DNA from: Tubiluchus corallicola
Lineage: Eukaryota > Animalia > Priapulida
Assembly (NCBI GenBank): GCA_030141605.1
Contig: JAQGDQ010000335.1
Span: 62,001 to 126,000, forward strand
DNA length: 64,000 nucleotides
Direction of reading: 5' to 3'
Positions within the stretch are counted from its first letter, which is position 1; each line of letters opens with the position of its first letter. Position numbers and translations under genes: made by a program. Below are positions 1-16,000 of the stretch, piece after piece. Below the pieces are notes generated by a model. It was not told where the DNA came from and made no database searches. It worked only from the letters and a program-made list of their open reading frames with translations.

Positions 1-123
1 CAAAATATGAATCTAGGAGATATTAAAACAACAACAGGAACATGCAGTTGACACCCATGAAAAATATTGGTAACAGCTCGAAATAACCAACAGGACTCGA
101 TTTATTAAAGCAGAAGTTCTCAC

Positions 124-3100
124 CCCAAGACTTGTAGTTATTTCTCGCATGGCTTCATCAGCCTCCTCCTGCTTTTCTGCTAGCAATTTTGTCTGTGCAG
201 CAGCCTTCTGCTTCAGACTGTCAACAAGTGTCTTGGCTTCAGTTAGCTTTGACAAACCAGCCTACATAACAGAGATGGATGTTACCAGAATAACACATAC
301 TACACATATCAATATGAAGACAAAAATTAGCTTATTAAGGAATTAACTAACAGCTTGTTCTAATAAATAAGTCTGGGGTAATGAAAGAAATGCATGAAGA
401 AGCATTAAACAATACCTATTTATACAGATGGATCCTCTGATAAGATGTGAAGACAGGGCACTTAATAGGATACAATATAAATAAATTGAAAAAAGTAAAA
501 GCTTTTGTGGTAGATGCTAGATGATTTTACTGTAGTATTGTACAAATGATCTACCACTACACAATTGTTTTGAAACTGAGGAAAAATAATCATTTAACTA
601 ATCTTTATCAGATATTAGCGTTTTTGGCAAACTCTAACTTTTTACACACAGCACGTCAAGAAATGACATACACACTAGACTTTTCATCATTACCATAGGT
701 CTCCAGAAGATTGATTAAAATGCATGTTTTAATGTTTTTTCTACTTTTTCTTATCTTTCAATTTATTTTTTTAATTTTTATCAATTTTTATTCCCAGAAA
801 TAAAAAACAAAAACAAGTTCATGAAGAAATCAATTATGACACCAGGCTCATTATGTGATCATTGCAGTCATTTTAACCCATCACAGTTAATTGTGAATAA
901 TGGCAATACCACATATAAAAATAACATTTCGTTGAAAATTAAATTATCTATTCATGGTTTTTTTGTCGGCTTTAACATTTTCTTCAGTTTTTTACACAGA
1001 AAAGAAGTGAAGCATTTCCTGACACTTTGTGCACACAATTTAAGAACTGACACCTTGAATTGCTTATTATAAAAAGCAAGATAAACGTAGAGCTTTTAGA
1101 GCATATGAAAATATCACTTTGTTTGCATAACAAGAAAACACAAATAGTGTGCCAAAGGTATTACAAAAAATAATATTATACCTTCAAATGCTGTATGCGA
1201 GTTGCAATTCCAGATTTTTTGTTTTCGTAAATGTGCATGTAGCAGTGAAGAAAAATGATGTATCGTCGAGGAGTTGCCACAGCAGATGGACAGCTTTCGT
1301 GTATTTGTAAAAAATTTTCAACCAAATTTGATCCACCAGAAATGTTGCGCTTGCGCTGTTTCTCTTCAGGTCTTTGCAAGGCAGTGGCTTCTTCTTTTGG
1401 TATACGCGTCAACATCATGGTCGGTATCTGAGAAGCATCAAAGAATTAATATAAACATGATTCAAAACAACCCTTACATTTATGTTCATTAATTTGCATG
1501 TTCGAGAAATTAACTGGGAAATTTTGAAACAGCATTTCGGAGATAACAATAATTAACCAATTAAAGGAAGCTACAAGAAAATAATTTTGATACCAGTCAT
1601 TTACATAACTTAAGTAGATAGCTTAGACCAAATATAGATAATTCAAACCCAAGTACAAATTTGTTTTAGTGACATCTACATCAGTATATCTTATTTAGAG
1701 TGAAAAACATTGAATCTGAACTAAACATCATGTTTGGAATTAGACAGTAGGAGAAAAACACACCTTCACCATACTATCTCTACTCCACTCTTGCATCCAC
1801 TGTATAGAACATATTTTGAAGAAAGCTGGGTTGCTCTCACAGCGGAACTTAAAGTCTGGATTGGTGCAGTCCATAATAAGAACTATATGAAGATTTTTCT
1901 GCACTCCTTAAGAAAAAATACGTTTATATGCTATTAGAAAATACAGAAAAATCACTGACATTTTACTGAATACCTGGCTATCTAAGAAATTAGCAGTAAT
2001 TACAATACACTTGTGCAATTTGATAAAAATAAACCTTATTGTTAAAGCAGATTTCTTCTGGGCAGTATTTATAGATTTGAAAACTAACATCAAAAAAATT
2101 TATTTCCTGATGTACATTTCAATACACTAATAAATCACACTATTTGTGACAATGTATGAAAAAACAGATATAAACACTAAAGAAACATATAAAAATGCCT
2201 AATAATCTATCATTAAGAACTTAATAATTCCAATTAAAAATCTACTTAATAGGCTTAAAATGATTACCAAATGATTACCATTTTAAATGATTCTCAATTT
2301 TAAAGATACACTAAAAAATGAAAAGGAGCATTTCAAAAACATATCTAGCCATTAAGGTCTTGTGATTTTAGCAAATTCCTGATAGGATACCTCAGGCATT
2401 TGAAAATCATTCCTGTTCAAAGTTTCATTAAGCAGAAAAAATAAACTGTGATCGTTTGCAAAACTGTAGGTTGAGTTTAGATGGAATAAAATGTAGAAAG
2501 AAAAAAGCCATAGCACCATATATAAGATTATTTATTACAACTATAGAACTCACTAGAAGCAAAATATGAGAACATTGTTCCCTTGAAGTTATCAGACAAT
2601 GCTTCCTCTTTGAGCGGTTGCAACAACGGTTCTAATTCTTCTGGTGTGTACAAGCCTGGAACCTCTCCAGCAGAGAGAAGACTGTTAATCATTTCTAGGA
2701 ACTGCTGCTGTACAAACTGATGGTCTTCCAGAATCACAACAACCTGGTCATTCTCAATAGCAGCAATCTGTATGGCCTGAAAGTAGAACTAATCTTGGTC
2801 ACAGTAGTGGTAAATAAAATAAATAATATTAGTAAGAAATACTCGTGGTTAAAACATTACAACTTTGTGCACATTTGTTCGACGTATAAACATATCATAC
2901 CATATGATATCTGTATTACATTCACACAGCAGTTTGTCAGAGATAGGAACAAAAAATTCTCAAGAAAAAAGTATGGAAGAAACAGTGGTGCTACCTGTAT
3001 CAAGGAATTGCATAAAAATAATTGCACAAGTCAAGAAAAATAAATATAAAAGTAAAAATAAAACGAGAATTTCATCAGGGAAAAATCCAATTAGGTTTCA

Positions 3101-4091
3101 TCTGCTAATTTCCTACGCTTCATCCCAATACAATGTGGTTAGATGAACGAATTGTAATCAGCTCACCTCTCCTAAAAATGACATAAGGCGAAGGGCAACG
3201 CTAGCGAAAAGTAAGAAAATACAAGAAACAATGGGGACATCAAATAAACTATTTCTGGTTCATATTTTTCCGATTAATACTAAAATTCTAATGTTAATCA
3301 TAGACGATGGGAAATATGAAATCAATATTGTGCATCTAGCTATGTACTTCAGTTATTCATTTAGTTAGTAACTCGCTTTGACTGCATGAGGCAACATGGG
3401 GTGAGATATGGTTTAGTGGTCACAGTATGTGCTTAATGTTCAGAGTTCAGCAATGCTGAAACTGGGCACTTTCATCTCCTACAATGCCTTCAGATTGCTT
3501 ATCTCATTGAGGGAGAATGCATACGCAATTACATATCTGACTGTGGCTAAGATCATATCTGCCATTAGTCCGTGAGACTATATGTCTCATGTCAGAGACT
3601 TGTCTTTCATAATGAGCTATGTTCAGGTTCCCACCACAGCAAATGCTATATAATTGGGTTCCGAATCCAAACTATATGGAACAAAACAGTTTGCCTAACA
3701 TCAAACTAGCAAAACAAACTCTTAGCTTTTTACTTAACTCTAGCATTAGCTTCAGTTGAATAAGACACAGGTAATAATCACATAAGTAAGTAATACACAC
3801 ATAACCGAAAAACAAGTACTTGTAAATAATTTTTTTAAAAATACCATTCTATACTTACAGATTTTAGGTCAGCTTTGAACTGCTTCACTCCATAGCCACG
3901 GGACATTCTTGGTGTTAATACTTGCATCTGATGCATGAAAGCCACAATACTAACTGCTGTTCTTCGACCTACACCACTACGACCAGACATCAGTAGTGAG
4001 CCACTTGGCATAGTAAGAGCACGATCCACACGAGACATCAGCTCCAAAACCTCTTTGAACACAAGAATATCTATGTCTTTGTTCTCTCGTC
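124..4091 (-). CDS. DYNC2H1: DYNC2H1 AAA4 module and start of the stalk coiled coil
   Basis: [15 protein letters not shown]; [18 protein letters not shown]; NLHIVLIMD...ESNPAF; ATPRRY; [10 protein letters not shown]...[13 protein letters not shown]. Confidence 0.93.
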
Positions 4092-7000
4092 CTAAAAATA
4101 AACGATTTTCTTAATAGAAATCACCCTAAAATAGGTAAAGACACGAATACAAGGAGGGGAAATAGAATCAATATCACAAACCAGCTAATGATAGAAGATA
4201 TCTTTAATCCAACAAGATTATATATTTCAGGTGAACAGACAAGCAGCAGTTCTACACATCTAGGAATGTATATGGTAAGCAAGTAACTATCGCAAAGACT
4301 GCAAATCAATGGAAACATTAATATGTATAATGAATATGTCAATTATGTGTTAAAAAGTAGCGCAAGTACAGTAGGCACCGCTTAATAGACTCACTTTGGG
4401 ACGAAAGTGTTTTGACCCAATTAACCGATTGAGTCAATTAGCCGACGAGTGTAGCGTATTACTATTACAGAAGTATGGGTCATCACTCATCACTTTAGCA
4501 TGCATTGCATGGGCTTTAAATGAATTTTAGAAACAAATTAATACAAAATTTCTATGTGCAATTATATATATATATATATATATAAAACAAAATAAAAAAT
4601 CGAAAAATCGAACAAATCTGATTATTAAAACAAAAATTTACAAAAATTTTGCAAAGTTGGTTGCTTCATTTCTTTGCGAGCAAGTTGGTTTACGAAATTC
4701 CCATACTGACAAACACGTTGCAAATCTGTTGCTGTTTTTCGTATGCATTCACGCAAAACACCTAGTCACCGAGTGCATGAGAAACAGTTGGAGCTGACCT
4801 TGTTTTCCATGTGAGAAGCAGTGAGAGCTTTAATAGCAAACTGCTATGCAAGTGGTTAAACGTTTAGCTTCCAGAAACAATGAGGTTAACTGCAGTGACG
4901 AGTGGGTGACAGATTCAAAGCAAATCAGCTATGCTAGATAAACGTACCTGCTTACAAACAAAGCTGTACTTAACATGACTGTTTCTAAGACATTAGTGCA
5001 CATAAGCAACATAAATATGACATAAAAGCATTAAAACTTCTTTGGTCAGACACAAGTGCCTTACTGTAAGTATCAAAAGGAAAATATTGAGTCAATTCAA
5101 TTATATGGAGTTATGTTAGTCAGTTACCGGCGGTTTTTATATACATTTGAATAGAAACGGCCCGTACCAGACGTTTTTGAGTCATTTAACCAACTGATTC
5201 TATAGACCGTGAGTCTAATAAACGGTGCCTACTATACATGAAACATAAGTTATATCTGGCAATCATAACTGAACTTTCTAAATCGTCTGATCTGAAACAA
5301 TATAACAATATAGAAAATATAACAATCCTGACAAATTCTCTGACATGACTTTTGTATGTATTTTGAATTTTGACACTTGTGTTTGAGATGTCACCAAGCC
5401 TTACTATGATATGCACTATTTAAACTCCTAGACAAGTAGTAGTAGCTAAGTTCGTCAATGATAGTGCTCATAGTAAATCTGAGCAAATGTGTTTTTTATT
5501 TTTTTGTCTCGGACCTTATATATCCATTAATTTTGGGACACTTTTCTACTAAACTTAGTTTGATTTTGAACATATATTTCTGAAACATGTTATGATTATG
5601 CATTGATATGCAGCCATTAATCATACTATATATATATGCAATAATAACTAACCACTTACGACCACATAGATGTCCATCATTCCATAGTTTACAGATGCTT
5701 CAAGAATGGTAAATAAATGAAAAAGCCTAAATTTTAGGTATAAAATGCTCTGCAAACTAGTATTGTCACTCACCATATGCTGTAATTCCTCTGTCAATAA
5801 CTGTTGTTAAGTCATCGACGCTCAGTTTTCCAAGTGGTTTGCCAAAAGGTGGCAATGGTGCACCAACGGCTGTAGAGGGGGCACCAGCAGAAGCTCTAGC
5901 TCCCCAAGTAACGTAATACGTCTCTAAACAAATAAAAGAAATGAATCAGATAAAAAGCCCTATTATGCGATAGACAGCAGTTGATAAATCCCCTGGATTT
6001 CTCTTTTCCTGACAAAATTGGAATGTTTTTTAACACATTTGCCGAGCACGTAAGCAATTCTTTCTGCATGCTACTGTAGAATATCGAATCTGCAAGCGCT
6101 TATCTAAGCCTGTACAAGTATCCGTCTGAACTGCTTGTCGAGCCTAGATAACTCTGTAAATACACTTTTTATTTTTTTAACAGCTAGGTAAATGCAATTT
6201 TTTTCTTTTTTTAACAAATAAAAGTAAGATGTTAAAGGGTTGTATAACAGCATTTCTTAAGAACTTTTTATGCAAAATAAACTAAGTATTGATTATGTTA
6301 TGAGATTAGACTCACACTCACAAGATCCAAAAATTTTAAATACAAAAAATTACCTCATACACACCTTTCATTTTTTCCATTACATTACAGTTCCAACCGC
6401 CTCGAAGAACATCATGCATTATTGCGTCGCATCGAGCAGCATCATCTATGTTTACCAATCTGTCGCGAAACAAGCGCTGACCTTCATATGCCCATATTTC
6501 TAACACATGGTCAGCACTAGATCGGGACTCCTCAGAAGCAAGATCATACCTCATGAGACTTAAGACCCACTGCGTGAGATCTCGTGGAGTAAAGATGTAA
6601 TGACTGTGTTTGTCAATGGAAAATTTTGCTCTCAGCTAAACGACACATAAACTTTTACTTCTACAGTTATTGTATTAAAGTTATTTTACATATAACACCT
6701 GGCAGATGCATACATCTTTATTAATGTAAATCCCACTTTACTTAAAAATTATGACACCATCATTGATATGAAATCATTAATGACATGCAACACACTGCCA
6801 TAGTAATAAAAATGAAGTGAACATGATATTTGTCATAGACATAATTCTTTCTGTTGTCATTAAGAAAAAGTTTAACAAATGAATAACAATATTTAATGGA
6901 ATACAGAGTTCCACTTTTTTGGAAAAATCAAGAACAAGCTGCATTATCATAGTAATAATAAATTGACTTTTATTTAAATATGCAAAGCTGATTTATTTCG

Positions 7001-10000
7001 TGCCACTTTATATATTACCAGGATTGCTATAATACATTTAGCTGTCTTACTCAAGTATTATAAGTATTTTACTTACCTTAGCTATATTAAATGGCTAAAT
7101 ATGTTATAAACAGCATTCGTAATATACAAAACAGTGGAAAAATATCATCATCCTTGCATTTAGATGACAAAATCTTGATAGAAGTAATACTGTTTATTTA
7201 TGATCACTGAAAACATTTACTTGCTCATAAACACTGATCATGCATCCAGCTAGCTGATGGACCTTGGCAAAGCCGCCCCACACTGGATGACTATTGAGGC
7301 TTCTCGACAAGACAGGCTGCAGGTAGGAACTGTAAACTGCCTGAAGTTGCTCTTTATCCGAATAACTGGAGAAAAATAGAAAAGACTAACTGTGCATTGC
7401 AACATTCAGTCAATAATGTGAATAAACAAATTGTGCAAGTTTTTCTTGCAATTGCTTTGTTGATATAAAAGGTATTGTTTACCCGATTGAAAAGATGCGG
7501 ATGACTGATGTAAAACGAGTTGTAAGCTCATGGCGACCTAGTCCATTACTTGCATTCATGCTAGCAACAATTTGAACCCTTTCCAGGCCTACCCATTCCA
7601 GATTCTGATCATAAAATCCTTGGTAAGTTAACACCTACAGAACAGTGCACAAACTTAACGAAATGTGTCACATTCAAAAATGACCATCAAATAAAATTTT
7701 AAGCTGTTATAATCACGAAATTCTCTTTTTTAATAGGAATCTTGCATTTCTTTTATATGATTCGTATGTATTATTCCTTGTTTAAAGTTCACTTTTTTCC
7801 ACTTTAATTACATGCTTACTTATACAGTGCAATCAAATTTTTGTATTATGCATTTTCTTCTTCCAGAACAATTTCCATTCCTACCTGTTGTAGAAAAGCA
7901 ATCAGTTGACTTGTACCCCATTTGTCAGGTTTAGGTAGATTGACATCCTTCAAGTACAGGATAAGGACTTCACTGTCTCGTGGACGATAGACACGTCCAC
8001 TGTTTGTGGTTGCCATCATGCACACTTGACTCAGCTTCTGCAGGATGTGAGCTGGTGATGTCTGAGCACTGCAGTGAATGATGGCTACACTTGTTGATCT
8101 CATGGTGGAGAAACAATGCTGGAGAAGTTGCCTGAAAAGATTAAACACAGTCTTAGTAATGAAAAACTAAGTGTGTAGATAAAAAAATTGCAAATACAAA
8201 AATTCCATTCTCTAATAGAAAGAATACATGTCTACTCCTTAATGCCCAGTTCTATCTTTTATATTTCTAGTAAGATATTCTTTTAAATAATATAACTTTT
8301 AATTTTATCTATTTTTTCATAAACAAGACAACCGCAGAAAATTAAAATAAACTTAAAATAAATTAAAAGCGAAAAACTAACATACAGTAGATGGTGTTGT
8401 ATTTAACTAAATGTACTGCTCTTAAATATAAAGTGCATTTCATTTTTCATACAAAAAGAGCATAAAATGAGCAAAATCCGAATAGAGAAGAATCTCAACT
8501 TTACAAACGATTGACAGCAACATCAGATAGAATGATTGCACAGGATAAATAAAAACTATTATACAATAACAGTCCTAAAAGTTATTATAATAATTAAAAA
8601 TTTATAATAAATTACATACCCTTTACCAGATCCTTCGGGGCCTACGACTAAAAACGGTTGTTTCTTTTCAGATTCTAGCCATGGACGAATACAATCCAGT
8701 GACCGCTGTACATCAGTAGTCAACACTAAAGGAAGGGAACTTGGAGACGAAAGGGCTTCAGGAGGCAGATTCGTATGACCCTGCAAATAAAATAGCCTGA
8801 CTTATAAAATTTGCAGTTCTAATACATAAAAGCACTTCACCATTTTATTGTCCCAATTAACAACTTGCCACAAGACATTAAATCTGTAAAAATACTAAAC
8901 TTGAAAAGCTATTAAAGGATACTTAGGTACCAAGTGAAATCAAATAATTACTATGAAAAATTTGATAAAAATGAATAAAATGCTAAACATGCTAACAATC
9001 AAACAATGAATACTTTTAAAAATGTCATACAGAGTAAGGAAAAATAAATTTTTTACCTCCATTGTGTATGACATAAGACGATCAGACCGCTCATCATAGT
9101 ATGTGTCCAGAATGCGGTTTGGATTAGGAGCATTTTCACTGGCCCATGAAAATACCTGTAAACAACGAAAATATTTCCTACAGCTTGAGTTTAATAGTCA
9201 ACAATATTCTATTTGAATAAGAACACAAGCGTCATGTAGCTGAACTAAACAAGAAAGTACAATGTCTCTAGCTAAAAAGGATTTTCATGAAATGACAAAA
9301 GTTACAGCAAGAATGAAAACTAGGCATTACTAAAAGGAAGCCTTTTCCGCTGATTGTACAAGTACAGTACAACTAGCCGAGACCAATAGGTAACAAAGTG
9401 CTTGTCATTCTGAAAATTATAGCAACAGAAATCAATTTTACTGTTGTGAATAATTATCTTCAGTATTACAGGTCACTCACCTCCTTAGCAAAGTTTTCGC
9501 GGGAGGCTTCGCTAAGATTACCTCCAAGACCTCTTACTAGGCAGATAACAAAATGTGATTTGCTGGTCGCAGTATGCAAATGAGAAAGACCATTTAATAC
9601 AACACCTACTTTGCTTGTGTCCACTACAAATTCATTCTGAAATTTGTGCAAACATTTTTAAATAAAATCACAAGAAAATCAAGAAATTTTACCGAAAATT
9701 ATTTTACTGAAAAGTATGTTGCAAAGCACCAAATACACCATCTATAATGTGTACTATTCCATTTGGGAAATACTGTTGAAAAAATTTCATCCTTCCCTTA
9801 TTTAATATTTATTTTTGATGTATAAAGGTGACTTTCCAATGCACAATTGTATCTCCAGTTAACAAATCAGGGCTGATGTGTTAGTCAACAGGTAAATACA
9901 ATTGAAATGATGACTGACTGTACAGCACGTATCACAAAATCTACTTTATCATTCTAAATTAAATAAGGGTAGAATAAAAATTTTTCTTATAAAAAAATTA

Positions 10001-13000
10001 AGTTTTCAAAGGTTCAATGATGTAGACAAATATAAGTAAATAATCTGTATTATAATCATTTAGATCTTTAGGGCTATGATAATACTAACAGCATTAGTAA
10101 GAAATTTTCACATATGCTTAGAGGTTTTTTTAAATATTTAACACATTTTCTTCCTCAGTATATGAGTTACACACACAAGATAAGGAAAAAACCTGCAAGA
10201 TGAGAATTCATATTCAACCAACATGCCAATGAAAAATAAAATTAATGAAAAGAATTTTTTTTTTATAAAAAATACAGAAAATAAGATATTTATAAAAACT
10301 TTGCTGTTTGAAGCCAAAACTTCAGCCAAGAAAAAACTAAAAAGTTAGACTGGCAAATCAGTAAAACGAATGCATAAAGTCAATGAATTTTTTAAAAATC
10401 CTATGCGTAACGGGAAAAAGTCGATACTTTTAAAAAAGTTGTAAACAATTTACTATTACAATTGCTATAAAGTAAATTTGTGACATAATACACTAGTGCA
10501 AATGACAAAGAAAAAATTCTAATGCATGTATTGGTATACCTTGCGCAAGACCCACTCCAAAGCACGATAAAAGTAGTCATCAATGTATGTAGACAAGTTG
10601 TTCTGAACTTGTTCATTCTGTTCATGTAACCAAGAAGACACGAGCGCTTTTACATCTGTATCCTCATCACTTTGTAAAGCAATCAAAGATAATAATTATC
10701 AAAAGTAGACCATATACATAAAGTCTTATCACACCATGTAATGTAATTTTCAATCACAAAAAACTATTGGTTTTTATTAACAGAAGAAATACAAATATTT
10801 GCACTTCTTTAGCCTACCTTTTTCAGTTGTCTGATTGGAAAATGAATGAGAGATAAATATTTTTTACAGAGATTACTACAGTAGGTGCCGCTTAATAGAC
10901 TCACTTTGGGACAGACGTGTTTTGACCCAAATTAACTGACTGAACCTATTAACCGATGGGTGTCATATTACAGGTATAGAGGTATGAGTCATCAGCTTAT
11001 TATGTACTACAAAGGTTTTTGATGAACTTTAGAAGTAAAGTAATGCCTAAGTTCCTTTGTGCAGTTAAAAATTAGAAAAAATATTTTAAAATATTTATTT
11101 ATATAAGCGAATAAGCAATAGACTAAAAAGTATACTTTTCTAAATCACAAACTTTTCCAAGTCAGTTTATTTGCAAAAATAACAAAAATTCCTTCAATGT
11201 CGGCTGCTTCATTTTCTCGCTCATAAGTTAGCCTACAATGTTCTCGTAATTATAAAAACGTTAAAAATCTGTTGTTGTGCGTGACTAAAATAGTTCTGAA
11301 TTGTCTGCTCACTTACATTGCTCTGATTTGCTGTACGATGTTTACTCTTGTAAGCCACAAGGAATGCCGGCTGATTACTGTACCTCCATTTTGACGATTA
11401 ACTCATTAAGCGTGAAAGCGTGATTTGCAACAAGAGCATCAAAATGAAACCACTAGGCAAGTGATTAAATGTTTAGCTTCCAGAATTCTTTGGGCAACAG
11501 TGGGTGAGCGAGTGACAGATTTAATGTAAAACCGCTACGCTAGCGTATTAGCGCATGATAAACGTACCTGCTTACAAACAAAACGGTACTTAACATCATT
11601 ATTTCTGCATACATAGTGCACAAAAGGGAATTAAAGATGACATAAAAATAGAAAAGGCTCTTTGGGCACATACAAATATCTTATTTTAAGTAGATGAAGG
11701 AAAAATATTGAGTCAATTTTGCGGAATTATTTGAGTCAATTACCGATAGTTTTTATGTATATTTGAATAAAAGCGGCCCGTTCCAGGCGTTTTTGAGTCA
11801 ATTAAGCGATTGAGTCTATTAACCTTGAGTCTATTAAGTGGTGCCTACTGTAGTAATATAGTGATTACTAATAATAGTTGTTAAAAGAATAAAGTATTGA
11901 CACACTTTTTAAAGCAAGTTAGTTCAGGTTATTCAAAGTATATGCCCCTAGCAGCCATGCCAACTATACAACTAACAGGATTTAGTTCAAATGAAATATC
12001 ACCAACAATTAATTTACAGGAGACAAACTGAAAGTTGGCACTTAAATCTAAATGTAGCTGATACCAAAAGCAACCTATACCTTAGGAAAATCATTCCCAT
12101 CCTAGAAATAGTAGCTGGTGATGCAGAGCTTAAATCATGAGTTTCAAACAAGAAGCTGACGTTTGGTCCAAACTGAATCCGCTCACCAGATGGCATAGTA
12201 AGCAGGCGATTGTCATCAAGCACGGAATTCAGCGACTCAATCCACTCAGGATCCACATCACCATCGCAGATTATCCATGAATGGGTATCTACAATTTATT
12301 TAACTCGCTGATCTTTGACTCGTTGTTTTACAGAAATAAAACACATTGTTAAGTAATTGTAAACAAATTAAACTAAGAGAAAGCCAATTAAACACTCCCT
12401 TACATAAGTTGTGTAGAAAACTTAATGGCACCCAATAACATAAAGTATCAGAAGCTGCGGCCTCTAGACATTCATTTGTACTTGGAGATGAAAACGTACT
12501 ATGCAGAATTTGTTAAAACTTGATTAAAGTTTTGCTTGACTAAAAATTTAATATATTTCTCATACCTTGAGGCATGTCAACAACTTGGCGAGCTGCATAC
12601 GTCAGTACCCCATCGGACCATTCTCTGGTGTCAATGTCAATCTGACCAAGCAACTATTTAAAAAAATATAAATTTCTTTTTAACTGAAATGCAATTGTAT
12701 GTATAAATCTTAATATTTTAAGCAACATTACATGTACTTAAATTGACAACAGTAGTATGTTCAAAAAGTAAATGATAGAAAACATTCAGAGTAGTACATT
12801 TATATGATAATTGTAGTTGAAAGGTTGCTGGGCCAAATCTGGACTTAGTCATGTTTTTTTCACTTCCTTTCTATTAAGTCTGGGTTCAAAAATTTAATAA
12901 ACATTCATTTATGCTATCATTACATAATAGTAATCTTGAACTTAAGATTATAATTAATTAATTAGACATGACATCATTTGGTGTCTATCAATATTGACAA

Positions 13001-16000
13001 AGTGAATTAGAGGCAACCATGGTAAATAATGTCCATAAATAATGCGTATTCCTTTAGCTGCAAAGAAACGGTACCTGTGTGCGTGGCATAGCTTTTGGAT
13101 TGATTGTAAATTGTTTTATCGTCTGACCAATCTTTCCCAAAGCATGATGCAGTATTTTCCAAAGTGTTGATTTTCCAGAACCACTTGGACCAACAATCAC
13201 CACGCCCATTCTCTGCTTCAGCTGCTCGTACAATTCCAAGGCTTTTTTCACCTAGTGAAAAAGTTAGTTTAATTTTGTCTTTCAATGTATTCACATCTTC
13301 TTCTCAAAGCCAAACGGATTCCACAAACTAATACTAATACAGAGCTGACAAGTGAATGATAAAAACTTATATTTTTGGGTTCATGTAGTTGATTTACTAG
13401 GATTTGCTATTGTAACTCAAGTATTTTTAGTCTAATTCAAATTACATAATAAGAAAAATGTTTCTTACTTGTCGTTCAATTATAACAAGTTTGAATTCGC
13501 TACAAACTTCTCTCACAGCTTGAGCAAGTGTCTCATACTCGACATCTTTTAGGTTTACATTTGGAAATACATCATGAACAAGAGCATCAAATAGTCTACT
13601 ATCTGCAAATGTTAACTTGGACAGGGTGTTTAATCGCAGGGCTTGAACGACCAAAAGCGTCTCTCTTTCACTGTCAATATTTCCTAGAACAAAAACAACA
13701 TTCAAAGTCTGTTTAATAGATTCATTGGTTGTATTTTAGCTTGTTTGGAGCTTAACTTTTAATTTTGTAGTTAAATTTATATATATATATATATATTGCA
13801 AGAAAAAACTTACGTCATCTGACTAAGCATTATTGTATATTGATTTTAAATCATATTCATATAAGCACCTTCATTTTTGGCAGTTTGCAACAGGTTTCCA
13901 CTACTTTTCAGTACAGTCTTCAAAGCCCTCAGTCCCCAGTCGTAATGTTGTTGTGGTGTCAATAACTCACTAAAATGAAATAAACCTAAAGTTGTAAAAA
14001 CAAGACCATAATCTTGTACAAGGATAAAATCAAAGAAACTTGGTTAAAAGTAATGTAGAGATGTATAAACAAGAAGGTTAGTAGATAGATAAATTCTTAA
14101 ATTTTACAAATTGTAAACCCAAATTCTAGTTTAAAGACAAGACAGACACATAACTATGTTGCTCCCAAATTTTGATTTTTTTGCTAACTTCACCAAAACA
14201 TGTACATCGAAATGAAACAACTTAATTCACCATTTCATTTTTTCCAAAAGAGTAACCAGTTCAGTAAAACAATCAACTGGAGCAAAAGACACACAACATG
14301 GTAAAAAATTAACAAATCGTTAGTGCCTTACAAAGCATTGTAGATCAGGTTCTTAGACCAAGTACAATATTTTCTTTTTTGTTTGCCTTTTGTTTGTAAT
14401 TCCTATTGTAATTTTAGGTCCATCAGAAATTGCTAAGTACAAAAACATTCAACACATTATTACTGAAAAATCCAAGTTCTGTACTAACCGAGCTAAACTA
14501 AAAATTGACACTAATTTCCTGCCAAGATCTTTTGCTTGCTTGAAGCCCTCGGAGAATAATATCACTTCTGCGATGAGCTCATTATCTGGCCTTGACATGG
14601 CAACTGGACGAAACAACTGTTTCAAATTGTCTGGCAGTTTTTGTCTGCCTCCATAACCTTTTCCTGCTGGATTCAGTGTCACAAATATAGCAGAGTTGGG
14701 ATCAATATTCACCTAAAAGGAAATCAATATTTCTTTCATATGATTCTGTCTGGGGAATTTGTTTACAGCACTTAATTATTATAGAGAATACACGAGCCAA
14801 ATTAGTACAATTTAAAGTAGTTTAAGATAAACAATGTTCACATAAATTTGTAAAAAAGTGCCCAATAAGAAAGTAGGAAGCAAATGTGGTGGTTACTCTT
14901 TCTTAGGCTTTTTTACATATACTGCAGCAGAAGTTTTAGGTTAACTTATCAAAAGGAAATTCTATTAGTCAAAGATTAAACCCTCAGTATTATTATATAG
15001 CTTCTTTAATTCTGTGTTGTCCAAGCCCAACGTAGGTTTAAGTAATTGCCAGACTTTCGAAAAGCATGTATCAAACGATGTTTATTGATAAGCATTAGTG
15101 AAATTTTATATTACGTCTACCACTTCTTATTACCAATTTACAGCACTGCCTTACTGTTATATGATAACATACCTCAGTTTCTAAGAGAATAATTTTCGGC
15201 TGTTTGCTCTTGACGGCTGCCTGAATGACTTGAATTTGCATAGAAATTGCTGATAGTGTGTGTTCTTCTAAACGGTTGAATTCATCAAAGCACCCCCATG
15301 CGCCACACTTAACAAGTCCAATGAATATACGACCCATCGATTTCACATCAATGCCCTTGGAGATTAGCAGAAAAAGCAAATTAATGCTATACATATCACA
15401 AGTCTACTTGTATTATTATTTATGTAGCACATACTCTCTTCTTACATTGTACATAACCTATATCACATAGTTTTCTCTTTAGGTTTACTTTAGCTTTACA
15501 CTTAGTGGGTAAAACATAGAACAAATTTAACTGTTAACATTGCTAGCTTCCTACATTATTTCTGTCATAATGAACTGCAAAACAGTCATTCTATTGACTA
15601 CAGTTTGTGGAACATATTACAGTTATATAAGTTACATGTAGTTATATATAGTTACATATATTACTGTGTTACAGTTGGTCTCACAATTATTTTTTTACAA
15701 ATCACATATTTAGCAAATAAGGCACAATCAAACAATTTCAAAAACAGAATTGTAGAGAACATACTTCATCACAGTTAAACACTAGCACTTGTCTACCAAA
15801 CAGTGATCCCAAAGCCTTGACGGATTCTGTTTTTCCTGTGCCAGCTGGTCCATATGGATTACCTCCAAGACCCATATCCATAGCTATAATTATTTAAAGT
15901 GCAGTGTATATCACAAAACAACGAGAAAGCACAATATAACAAGAGCTAAAATCACTGATTTGTTTCTGCAGGCCATGAATGAAGATGAACCCTGAACTTG

